64,000 nt of DNA from an uncultured virus (IMG/VR IMGVR_UViG_3300031992_003405) (lineage: Duplodnaviria; Heunggongvirae; Uroviricota; Caudoviricetes). Below the pieces are notes generated by a model. The model saw only the letters and a list, made by a program, of their open reading frames with translations, searched no databases and was not told where the DNA came from. Both the position numbers and the translations under genes were made by a program. Of the stretch, positions 34,531-44,889 are shown one piece after another (position 1 is the stretch's first letter; the number at the start of each line of letters is the position of its first letter). The stretch is from IMG/VR virus record IMGVR_UViG_3300031992_003405, one strand, 5' to 3'.

Positions 34531-36502
34531 ATTAATAATTTAATTTTTTATTGGAATATTTATAATTTTATAATATATCAATAATAAATATATATTAATA
34601 TAATATATATTTATCTAACGATTAATATCGTATATTTCTATAGAATCATTAATTATATATCTTATATATCTTATATATTAATGATATAATCTATGCTTTA
34701 ATCTATTATTAAAGCTTAATAGGTTTTAAAATATCTAATCCTATTACTAATAGTTATTTAAGCTTTTAATATTATTAAAATTTATAATATTAAAAGGATG
34801 TGAATTATTATTAGTGGTAGAAATCTTAGAAAAAATATCAATAAAAAAGAAAAATTTTATTTAACTGTTAAACAACAAGTCAGTAAATATAAACAATTAT
34901 ATATGTTATTTAAAGAATTATGTAAATATAGTAAAAATTTATATAATTCTGCTTTATATAATATTAGACAATATTTCTTTAATACTGGTAAATATTTAAA
35001 TTATAATGATAATTATCATAATATTAAAAATAATATTAATTATAAATTGTGCGAAGCACAAACTGCTTGTAATATTCTTCATATAGTAGATGAAAGTTTT
35101 CAATCTTTCTTCGCTTTAAAACAAAAAGGATTTAAATGTAATATTCCTAAATATTTAGATAAAAATGATTATTTCATATTACCTACTAATAAAATTCATA
35201 TAAATAAAAATAATGAATGGATTATTCCTTTAAGTTATCAAATATTAAAAGAATATAATTTAACTTTAAAAAGTAAAGATAGATTCAGAATAAAGATATC
35301 TACAATTTTAAAAAATAAAAAGATAAAATATATTCAAGTAATTCCTAAATATAAAGGTAAAATTTTTGAAATTCATTATACCTATGAAATAGAAATTAAT
35401 GATAATATACAAGAAAATAATAATTATTTATCAATAGATTTAGGTATTAAAAATTTAATGACTTGTATTAATTATAATCATAATTATAAAAAGAAAATTA
35501 ATAGTTTTATATTAGATGGTAAAGAATTAAAATCCATAAATCGAGAATATAATAGAATTATTAGTAAATTACAAAAATTAAATACTAATAAAAATTTAAA
35601 ATATACTAAAAGAATGTATAATATCTTAAAAAAGAGAAATAATAGAATTAATTATTATATTCATAAAACATGTAAAAAACTTATAGATTATTCTTTACAA
35701 AATAATATAAAAACTATTATATTAGGATGGAATAGCGATTTTCAAAGAAAATCTAATTTAGGTAGAAAAAATAATCAGTTTTTTACTAGTATACCATTTA
35801 GTAAGATAAAAAATAATTTATCTAAGTTCGCTTGCGAACAAGAGCTTAAGCTCTAAAAAGAATATAGATGCAAAATGAATAATATAAAATTTGTTCTTCA
35901 AGAAGAATCATTTACATCTAAAGCTTCTTTCTTAGATAATGATTATATGTTAAGTTATAAGAAAGATGAAAAGTTAGGTTATGTATTAAGAACAATAGAT
36001 GATAAAGTAGAATCGACGTATGTCGATATAGAGAATTCGACATTAAGAAAGCAACAATTTGCAGGTAAGAGAGTAAAGAGAGGACTTTATAAATCTAAAA
36101 ATGGTATATTAATAAATTCAGATATGAATGGTGCTTTGAATATATTGAAGAAATATTTGTTAAATGAAGAATATGAACGGTTAAATAAAAGTAAATGTAA
36201 GGTTGTAAGTAAAAAGATATCTTATGAAGACTTAATTAATAGTCAAGATATACATAATTTATATGAAGATATATTTACTTTATACTTTAGAGGTGCGCTG
36301 GTAGCACCAATACGAATTAAAGTTCGAGAATCAATATGAAATTAATTATGATATATATAAGAGATAAGTATATATTGAGTTGATTTTAGAATACGCTGTG
36401 AAGTGTAGATTGATTTGATTATATATTAGTATATATATAATAACAAGAGAGCTTAATTGGTATGAATTTTTTAAGATATTGAGATATTTTAAAAATTATC
36501 AG
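34531..36502 (+). mobile_element. TnpB-encoding insertion element (no transposase), parent of the 14227 and 21280 derivatives
   Basis: Ends shared with the 14227 element; terminal TATCAG; carries tnpB. Confidence 0.82.
34807..36339 (+). pseudogene. tnpB: TnpB split by an in-frame TAA at 35854-35856
   Basis: FYLTVKQQV N-terminus (probable ATT start after AAGGATG), SIDLGIKNL, QEESFTSKAS, GKRVKRGLY, INSDMNGALNI; both halves are in the same frame. Confidence 0.85.
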
Positions 36503-37543
36503 GATTATCCTGTAGCTAGTGCATATGCTATTAAATTTGCTAGATCATTGTATTTTGATTTTAAAAAATTATTGCAGGATAAAGAACTTATTAAAAAATT
36601 ATATGCTTGTAATTCTGATTATTGGGAAATTCAAAAAATTCTAACGCCATATATACAAAGAATTATTAATACTAAATTACCTAATTTAACAAAAATAGAA
36701 TATAAAGTATTAATAGAATATATGTTACAATTATATCAACCGCTTATAAAAGCAAATATTCGAAAAAATATTAATAATGTTCTAGAATCCGATGAAAAAG
36801 AAATATTTAGTATAATTGATAAATATATCGCTAAAAATATTTATCAATTATTTTCATCAGCTAATTTATTAAAAGATGAAAGTAATTCTTATTTACAAAG
36901 TTGGATTACTCCTACTGGAGAATTAGAAGAAGGATTCGAATTAAATATATTAAAATCAATATTAAAAGATAATAAAAAACAAATTCAAAAATTAATTGGT
37001 AATGATATAGATTATAAAGATATTACTAGTACTTATTTACTATTATATAGTGATAAATGGACTAGAAAAATTTACAATTTAATATCAGCTAAAAATTTAA
37101 AATTAAAAACTCAACGTGGTAAAAATCTTTTAGAATTGCATGATCAAATAGGTGAAGAAACCAGTATTGATTATGATATTACAGCAGATCATATTCGTAA
37201 TAGACCGCTTATTATAGTTCATGATGATAATACTAATAAAGATTGTGTAATGTTTGGTCCGCGCGGAGTATCTCACGGATTTTATATTAGTAGTGATAAA
37301 TTATTTGCGGATGCAGCAAAACAAAATATTAAAATTGATGAATATAAAATGGGTTATGGATATTTATTAGGAAAAATAGCTTTTGTAGATGAAAAGGCTG
37401 ACGAAAATCAATATGGCTATAGTAATGAAGAAATAGTAAATATATTGAAAAATGATCCACGGATAGAAAAAGTATATCAAACTGGTGGACATCCACATAA
37501 GCCGGGAGATAAAATTAAACGATTAGCCAAATTAATATTTTAA
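36503..37543 (+). CDS. family E protein, 3' part
   Basis: RNRPLIIV...MFGPRGVSHG...YLLGKI...IEKVY...IKRLAKLI. Confidence 0.7.
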   Translation, partial: DYPVASAYAIKFARSLYFDFKKLLQDKELIKKLYACNSDYWEIQKILTPYIQRIINTKLPNLTKIEYKVLIEYMLQLYQPLIKANIRKNINNVLESDEKEIFSIIDKYIAKNIYQLFSSANLLKDESNSYLQSWITPTGELEEGFELNILKSILKDNKKQIQKLIGNDIDYKDITSTYLLLYSDKWTRKIYNLISAKNLKLKTQRGKNLLELHDQIGEETSIDYDITADHIRNRPLIIVHDDNTNKDCVMFGPRGVSHGFYISSDKLFADAAKQNIKIDEYKMGYGYLLGKIAFVDEKADENQYGYSNEEIVNILKNDPRIEKVYQTGGHPHKPGDKIKRLAKLIF

Positions 37544-37663
37544 ATATTCATTAAAAAATTATTAAAAATTACATTTAATTAGATTTATCTAATCTAATTA
37601 AATATTTTTTTATTTTTATAGTATTATTATAAAACAATTATTGTAAAAAGGGAGAGATTATTT

Positions 37664-37957
37664 GTGAAAGTATTAAAAAAATATCTTTCAAAAATGTCTA
37701 ATGAGCGTTATGTAAAATGTCAAATTATTCTTAAATTAATGAAAGACGGTTATAATTATAAGCAAGCAAAACAAATGTTTCATAATACTAATATACTAGA
37801 GATAATGCAAGATAATGGACTATATTTCTTTCATCAATCATTATATGATTGGACCAAATGGATAGAAAAACAGCATAAAGATCAATATAAGAAAAATACT
37901 TGTTTTCAAATATTTTTAAATAAAGTAAATGGTATATTAAAAACAAAATTAATCTAA
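37664..37957 (+). CDS. hypothetical protein upstream of the RT
   Basis: SD GGGAG with GTG start; 97 aa; not recognisably Avd. Confidence 0.6.
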   Translation: MKVLKKYLSKMSNERYVKCQIILKLMKDGYNYKQAKQMFHNTNILEIMQDNGLYFFHQSLYDWTKWIEKQHKDQYKKNTCFQIFLNKVNGILKTKLI

Positions 37958-37981
37958 AATAAATATAAAAGGTGAATAATA

Positions 37982-39037
37982 ATTACTTTTCAAGAATTAT
38001 TTTCATATGATAATTTATATAAATCAGCCAAATTATGTTTTAATCATAAACGTGAGAAGCTTTCAATATTATTTATAGAAGCTAATTTACCGTTATATAT
38101 TAAACAATTGCAAAATGAATTGTTTAATAATCAATATTCATGTGATAAATTTATTCATTTTAGAAAATTTAATGGTAATAAATACAGAAATATTGATGCT
38201 TTATATATTAAGGATGCAATCATACATAAATGCTTATGTCGATTTTTAATTATACCTAGATTAATGAATTCATTAATTTACGATAATTGTGCCAGTCAAA
38301 AATATAAAGGTTTACATTTTGCATTTAATAGGTTAAAGAAATTTTTACATGATCATTATTGTAAATACAAAATGCAAGGTGCATATTTACTATTTGATAT
38401 TAAATATTTTTTTGAAACTATTGATCATAAAAAATTAAAAAAATTTTTAATGCCAAAAATAAAAGATAAACAGATATATAATTTATTATGCCATTGTATA
38501 GATGCTAATCAACAAATATATAAACGAACCGCGGTGGGAAATAATAAATATCAAGGTTTAGGATTAGGTACAGAATTATCACAATTATTAGCTTTAATAT
38601 ATACTTCTCCGCTAGATCATTATATTAAGGAAAAATTAAAAATAAAACATTATATACGTTATGTAGATGATAGTATTATTATACATCATGATATAGATTA
38701 TTTATATGAAATATATGAAAAAATAAATATATATTTACAAACACAATTAAATCTAAATTTAAATCAATATAAAACCAGAATTATAAAATTTGTAGATAAT
38801 AATACAATATTATTTTTAAAAACAAAATTTATATTAAGTAATCAACAAATGCATTTTAATTTTAAAAATATAAAGAAAAAAATAAAAATATGGGAAAAAT
38901 TATGGAAGCGTGGAAAAATGAATAAAGAAGATATATTAATATCATATCAATCTTGGAAATCGTATGTAATGCATGGTAATGATAATGAAAAAATACAATA
39001 TATAGATAATTTATTTAATTCAATTTTTATAGAATGA
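37982..39037 (+). CDS. reverse transcriptase, DGR-type
   Basis: The frame extends upstream of the called TTG to an ATA/ATT start after AAGGTG (ITFQELFSYDNLYKSAK). Motifs: GNKYRNI, IYDNCASQKYKG, FDIKYFFETIDH, GLGLGTELSQ (DGR-type GxxxSQ), YIRYVDD, LNQYKT, FLK. No maturase or endonuclease domain. Confidence 0.88.
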   Translation: MTFQELFSYDNLYKSAKLCFNHKREKLSILFIEANLPLYIKQLQNELFNNQYSCDKFIHFRKFNGNKYRNIDALYIKDAIIHKCLCRFLIIPRLMNSLIYDNCASQKYKGLHFAFNRLKKFLHDHYCKYKMQGAYLLFDIKYFFETIDHKKLKKFLMPKIKDKQIYNLLCHCIDANQQIYKRTAVGNNKYQGLGLGTELSQLLALIYTSPLDHYIKEKLKIKHYIRYVDDSIIIHHDIDYLYEIYEKINIYLQTQLNLNLNQYKTRIIKFVDNNTILFLKTKFILSNQQMHFNFKNIKKKIKIWEKLWKRGKMNKEDILISYQSWKSYVMHGNDNEKIQYIDNLFNSIFIE

Positions 39038-39121
39038 TTTAATAAGTTAGATTTTAAATATCTAACTTTATTTTTTATTATTTTATATTAAATAATATAT
39101 AATAATAAGGAGGAATAAAAA

Positions 39122-39964
39122 ATGATTGAAAATAATATATATAACAAATTTGAAATTTTAAGATCACATATATTAATAAGTTCTTGAATTGTAGGAATTT
39201 TATTTTGTACTTTACCTATACAAGAAAACAAGAATATTAAAGATATCGAAATAAAAAATTTTATTTGTTATTTTAATCCACAATATATAGAAAATGAAAA
39301 TTTTGAAGAATTAATAATTAATATTGGAGTTAAAACTATTCAATTCTTTTTTGAATGCGATGATTATGAAGCTATTAATTGTTTTATTATATATTCGTTT
39401 ATGAAAAATTATATGTGGTTTCATAGAGAAAAATTTCAAAGAACACGTAATGAAAATTTTAATATATTAATGAAAAATTTACCATATATAGATATGAAAA
39501 AAAGTACAATAATTTATTGTGCTAATATAGTTCAGCCGTATTATAAATATGATCATAATTTTAATAATACAATTTCCAATATATCATATGATATTAATTT
39601 AATTAATCAATTTAATAGTATTAATATTAATACTAATATTAATTCATTAATTGAACGTTGTAAATTTTTATTTCATATTCAATATTTTTCTTCATTAATT
39701 GATATAAGTACATTTTTTAAAAAATATATTTATAATTTTCAACATTTTTTATTATTTTTATTTATATTGCGTTATAGTTTTCAGCAATCAGCTTTAATTA
39801 ATTTCATGAGATATCATAAACCTGCATTTGATATTTTAAATATCATACTAAATATTAATATAAAAATTGATTCATTTAAGAATGAAGAATTAAATAAAAA
39901 AATTACCAAATTTTTCTCTAATTTTTCATTAGAAGAGAAAGATTGGTATTTATACAATAAATAA
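39122..39964 (+). pseudogene. paralog of 32708 with one in-frame TGA (39185-39187)
   Basis: SD AGGAGG plus ATG 39122; aligns to 32708 across the stop. Confidence 0.75.
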
Positions 39965-39994
39965 ATTGGTATTTATAAAATAAACAAATAAGTA

Positions 39995-40588
39995 TTATTT
40001 ATTAATTTGAATAAAATTTTCTTTTTGTATTATTTCTTTTATATATGTATATATTAAATTATTTAAAAATTTTGTATTTTTTGATACTATATATGTATAA
40101 GGTTTATTTAATAAACTATTGTATGGATATTGTGAATCATGAAGTATAATATTAATTTTATACATGTGAGCATTAAGATATCGTTGTAATTTTTGTAAAT
40201 ATTTTTTAGTTTGATGACCCATAAAATGTTGATTTTTACAATAATTTACTACAGCATTATGGGCATCATCTTCAGATTTTTTTGACAATTCTTGTACATA
40301 GAATTCAAATTTGTCAATTATGTTATCTTTTTTACCTGTAAGACAATATAATCCAATAGCATTAGTATCGAATTCATATTTTAAAACGAAATTAAATGCT
40401 TGAATATTTGGTGTTGTAGAATATGGTATAATAGATAAATTATTATCTAATAGATTTAATAATCAATCAGCGTCTTCTGTATTATTAATTTCATTAATGC
40501 AAATGTTATTTGGTATCGTGTGATCGTTTGTACTGTAGGCTAATTTTAATAGTCTTTTTTTATTGTCTAATATAAAAATTTTAATCAT
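39995..40588 (-). pseudogene. paralog of 33534 with one in-frame TGA (40463-40465)
   Basis: MIKIFILDNKKRLLKLAYSTNDHTIPNNIC...AD*LL...IGLYCLTGKKD. Confidence 0.75.
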
Positions 40589-40701
40589 TATTTTTTTTAC
40601 CTTAATCTATTTAAAATATATTCTCATATAACAAATAAAAAAACTTATATTAATTTAATGAATATAAGCTTTTTGTCAGGAAAATCGATAAAAAAAAATA
40701 G

Positions 40702-41064
40702 TTATCTCATTTTTCGATCAGGTGTAGAATATTGTAAATTGCGTAAATCGTCTTTAAAATAATTGTATATATAATAGGCTTTGTTCATAGCCTCTACAAA
40801 ATCTGGTCTACGAGCAGCATTTAAAGCTAAATTACGCATAGTTACTAAAGCATGTTGATAATGATTATTATTTATATCCCTTTCAATAATTCACATATAA
40901 TTATTAACTATGTCTTGAATTTGTTTATAAGTGTTAAAATGTTCATCAACAAATTGTTTACATAAATTAGTTAATTTATTATTATTATTTAATAAATTAT
41001 AATTATTAACGGTATTATAATTCATCATTTCATTTTCAGCAATTTTTTTAAATAATTAATTCAT
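40702..41064 (-). pseudogene. decayed small gene (TAA at codon 3, TGA at 40891-40893)
   Basis: MN*LFKKIAENEMM...NNYM*IIERD...ALNAARRPDFVEAMNKAY. Confidence 0.45.
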
Positions 41065-41155
41065 ATTTTATGTCTACTCCCTTATATAAAAAAAATTGTA
41101 TTTCAGAATTTTATTTAAAATTTTATTTTTGGTAAAATTAAATAAAAAATATAAA

Positions 41156-41662
41156 TTACATTTTTAAAAGTAATAATTTAGAATTAGCTAAATTTACTAA
41201 TTGATTAAATTGTTGAATATATTTATTATTAATTTTTTTTAAACATTGTTTAAATAATTTATAATTTGGCTGATGTAATAAACATAAATATTTATTATCA
41301 GAATATAAAGCTAATTGTAAACTTTTATCAATACTATAATTATTAGTAGAATCGCATTGTTCCATATTATAAGTATTAAAATTATGAGTAATCATACAAA
41401 TATTTCTACTACCACATTTAATTGGTAAAATTAAAATATAATAATTAAAATTCATATAATAATTTTCATTAATTGTATTTAACATTTTTGTATCACAATT
41501 AAATGTTTTTTCTCGAATATCTAATTGTACTATTTTTTTTACTAAATTTAATTTTATATCAAAAAATAAATAATTATGTACATAACATAAATGTTCTCGA
41601 ATAAAATTAAAATCATGACATATAGGTAATTGTAAATTTTGAATAATTCCATTACAACTCAT
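41156..41662 (-). CDS. hypothetical protein, paralog family F
   Basis: Close paralog of 44019..44525 (EHLCYVHNYLFFDIKLNLVKKI). Confidence 0.78.
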   Translation of the reverse strand: MSCNGIIQNLQLPICHDFNFIREHLCYVHNYLFFDIKLNLVKKIVQLDIREKTFNCDTKMLNTINENYYMNFNYYILILPIKCGSRNICMITHNFNTYNMEQCDSTNNYSIDKSLQLALYSDNKYLCLLHQPNYKLFKQCLKKINNKYIQQFNQLVNLANSKLLLLKM

Positions 41663-41809
41663 TTTAATCTATCCTTTCTAATATTTATTATTTATAATAA
41701 TATTATAATAAAAAATAATTAAAATTAAAATTAGGTTTAAAATTAATCATTATACTTTAATTAATAATTAAAGTATTTTTTATTATTTTATTACTTAAAA
41801 TATAAAAAA

Positions 41810-41975
41810 ACATTAATATAATGCTATTATTATTTAAATCGAATTATTTAAGTAATAATAGTTATATTAATGTAAAGTGAGAAAGATCTGTAAATAATGA
41901 TTTTTGCTTTCATAAATATATATTTATAGGCTATTGAATATATAATTATTACTCGTACTTAAATCATTAAAAAAA
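41810..41975 (+). ncRNA. candidate structured RNA/DNA element, copy 1
   Basis: Hairpin of about 60 nt (CATTAATATAA..CTATTATTATTTAAAT / ATTTAAGTAATAATAG.TTATATTAATG) followed by GTGAGAAAGATCT; conserved at 44660. Strand uncertain. Confidence 0.35.
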
Positions 41976-42238
41976 TATAATAATTTATAATTTTTAAAAA
42001 ATTTAATATTTATTAGGTACATTTTAATATTCATACATTAATTATTAATAATATTTTTCTAGCTTTAACTTATTTTTGCTATATTTATATATAAGTGAAA
42101 GAATAAATTTCAAGTGAGAAGTTTCTGAACTATAAACTAAGAATTTAAAAAGTTGTATATATAATTATTAGCAGAAGCAAAAATAGCTAAATTTTATTAT
42201 TTTAATAGATTAAAATAATAAATTGGTGATTATAAATA

Positions 42239-43774
42239 ATGAAACGATTAAGACCTAAACTTGCTAAAATTCCTATTAGGCAAATATATCAATTATGTTT
42301 AAAATATTTATATAATAATATAGATATTAATTATTTAAAAACATTTTTAAAGAAACATGATTTAAGTGAATATAAAAATGGCGATATTGATGAAATATCT
42401 ACAATAATTAGCGATTTGTGCTGGAATATTTTTAAAAATGTTATTAAAAAATATAATATTAATGAGTCTGATGGAAATAATATATATGATCAATTAATTA
42501 TTAATACTGATATATTAAATGTAATTTATAAATATAGTTATTCGAAAATTAAAGCAATCGTTTATAATAGACATATTCCTAATAATTCAATTGTGGACTT
42601 TAATAAATTATCTTTTGCTGAAAAGAAAAAAATAATACATAATATTGCAAAAGAATTAATTACAACAAATACTTCAGAATATAAGGCTAAAATTAATAAT
42701 ATTATTGAAAATATAGATGTCGATTTAATTAATCCAAATAAATTTTTGCACGATTTTATTAATCAAAGTAAAATTTTATTAAGTCGTAATTCTCAAAAAT
42801 TAATTAATAAATTAGCTAAAAATATATTAGAATATTTGTATAAAAATTTCAATTTTAAATTAAATACTAGTATAGAAGACGATATTGAATCCATAGTTAC
42901 ATCGAATATTGAAATATATATATCGATGATTTGTAATCAGACTTTTACTGATGAAAAAGAAATTAAATATTTATTAAATAAACATTTACAATATATACAG
43001 GATATTAAAAAACAAGTTATACAAGCATATAATAACGTAAGAATATGGTTAAAAAAAGATTATCCGCAATTAGAATTAAATGATTTAGATCCTGATGATA
43101 TAGATATTTATGCAGATAGTAAAAAGCCTGGTGCGGCAGCATATTGTTCTCTTAATTGGGATGGTTCTGTATCTATTAATTTAAGTAGATCGACAATTAA
43201 ACGAAGTAAAACATATATTACTACGACTATTTATCATGAATTAATTCATGCAATTAAGGGACAAGCAGATACTGCTAGAAAAATAGAAAGATTAAGAAAA
43301 GGAACTGATAATGAATTAACAGATAATGAATTTCAAGAAATAGCTCATAATGATGATATTTGGGATCAAGGCGTAGATTCAATTAGAAAACATACACATT
43401 TAGATGTCCGTGGATATAATACCAATAAAGATATCAGTAGTGCTGAACAGCAAATGATTAAATTGCAATATCCGCATGAAGCTACTCTAATTTGTTATAA
43501 TTGCGGATGGTATAAAGTATACGAAAAATGGAATAATGATTGTGAACAAGCTAGAGATAATAATTTCACTTGCCCGAGATGTCATCAAAAATATGTAAAA
43601 TTAATATCAGCTCAGCCCGGAGAAAAAGAATTAATAAATGATGCTTTGTCGCATATACACTATCAAGTATCTGAACAATTACCATATGAATCAGTGAATG
43701 AAAGTAGATTAAAGAAGAGAAAAGAATATCAAAATATAGTAAATTCACATAATAAATTAATGAATTTAATTTAA
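42239..43774 (+). CDS. SprT-like zinc metallopeptidase domain protein with C-terminal zinc ribbon
   Basis: TIYHELIHA (HExxH), a later H (AHNDDIW), CYNC...CPRC. Confidence 0.75.
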   Translation: MKRLRPKLAKIPIRQIYQLCLKYLYNNIDINYLKTFLKKHDLSEYKNGDIDEISTIISDLCWNIFKNVIKKYNINESDGNNIYDQLIINTDILNVIYKYSYSKIKAIVYNRHIPNNSIVDFNKLSFAEKKKIIHNIAKELITTNTSEYKAKINNIIENIDVDLINPNKFLHDFINQSKILLSRNSQKLINKLAKNILEYLYKNFNFKLNTSIEDDIESIVTSNIEIYISMICNQTFTDEKEIKYLLNKHLQYIQDIKKQVIQAYNNVRIWLKKDYPQLELNDLDPDDIDIYADSKKPGAAAYCSLNWDGSVSINLSRSTIKRSKTYITTTIYHELIHAIKGQADTARKIERLRKGTDNELTDNEFQEIAHNDDIWDQGVDSIRKHTHLDVRGYNTNKDISSAEQQMIKLQYPHEATLICYNCGWYKVYEKWNNDCEQARDNNFTCPRCHQKYVKLISAQPGEKELINDALSHIHYQVSEQLPYESVNESRLKKRKEYQNIVNSHNKLMNLI

Positions 43775-44018
43775 TAATAGATCTAAATATTCAACAATTA
43801 TGATGTAAATACAACCAATATCTTAATAAGTTTAATTAATAATAATTAAAAAAAGGAATAATTACTTTGCTAAAAGTATAATTATTCCTTTTTTAATTTA
43901 AAAAATTTTATATATTAATTTTTACTAAAAATTAATATTCTTAATAGTTCCATAAGCTAAAATATTTTCTAGATACTATTTTAACATAAAACTTAATTAA
44001 AATAATCTATATTTATAA

Positions 44019-44525
44019 TTAAATTTGTGAAAGCAATAATTTAGAATTTATTATATATTTTAATTGATTAAATTGTTTAATATATTTATTATTAATTCTT
44101 TTTTGACAATATTTATATAATTTATAATTTGATGTATGCAATATATATAAATATTTGTTATTAGAATACAAAGCTAATTGTAAATCTTCACAAATAATAT
44201 AATCATTAAGCATATTAAACTGTTCCATATTGCAAGTATTAAAATTCTTTATAAGCATACAAATATTTCTACTACCATATTTAATTGGTAAAATTAATAT
44301 ATAATTATTAAAATTCATATAATTATTTTCATTAATTATATTTAACATTTTTGTATTACAATTAAATTGTTTTTCACAAATATATAATTGTGTTATTTTT
44401 TTCACCAAATTTAATTTTATATCAAAAAATAAATAATTATGTACATAACATAAATGTTCATGAATTAATTTGAAATTATCACATATTGGTAATTTTAAAT
44501 TGATTATAATTCCATTATTATTCAT
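44019..44525 (-). CDS. hypothetical protein, paralog family F
   Basis: Duplicate of 41156..41662; SD AAGGAG. Confidence 0.78.
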   Translation of the reverse strand: MNNNGIIINLKLPICDNFKLIHEHLCYVHNYLFFDIKLNLVKKITQLYICEKQFNCNTKMLNIINENNYMNFNNYILILPIKYGSRNICMLIKNFNTCNMEQFNMLNDYIICEDLQLALYSNNKYLYILHTSNYKLYKYCQKRINNKYIKQFNQLKYIINSKLLLSQI

Positions 44526-44659
44526 TTTAATTTCTCCTTTATAATAATTATTATTAATAATATTATTATAAAAAAATTTTTAAATTTAAATTAGATTTAA
44601 AATCTATCATTATATTTTAAATAATTAAAAATACTTTAATTATTTAAAATATAAAAAAA

Positions 44660-44845
44660 ACATTAATATAATGCTATTATTACTTAAATCAAATTATTTA
44701 AGTAACAATAATTATATTAATGTAAAGTGAGAAAGATCTTTAAAAATGATTTTTGCTTTCATAAATATATATTTTATTTATATAATATATAAATTGGCTA
44801 TTATAATATATAATTATTACTCATACTTAAATCATTAAAAAATAA
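44660..44845 (+). ncRNA. candidate structured element, copy 2, directly bordering the cassette array
   Basis: Same hairpin plus GTGAGAAAGATCT (44727-44739) as the 41810 copy. Confidence 0.35.
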
Positions 44846-44889
44846 ATTATATTTCTTTTTTTATTAATTTATGCACATATAATATTTTT

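Noticed and set aside
37664..37957. avd accessory gene
   Set aside because: Position and size fit loosely, but no recognisable Avd sequence features; left as hypothetical.
37982..39037. Group II intron or retron RT
   Set aside because: No intron domain V/VI or maturase/endonuclease region, no retron VTG motif; the GxxxSQ motif favours DGR.
574..43748. Short antisense ORFs (574-972, 9354-9548, 15148-15477, 23973-24155, 31269-31475, 43566-43748)
   Set aside because: They overlap well-supported genes on the opposite strand; shadow ORFs of AT-rich DNA.
1..44800. Genome-wide stop codon reassignment (TGA=Trp or TAG=Gln)
   Set aside because: Long genes are intact under code 11, Trp is encoded by TGG throughout, and TGA/TAG end several genes at positions matching paralogs or family length.
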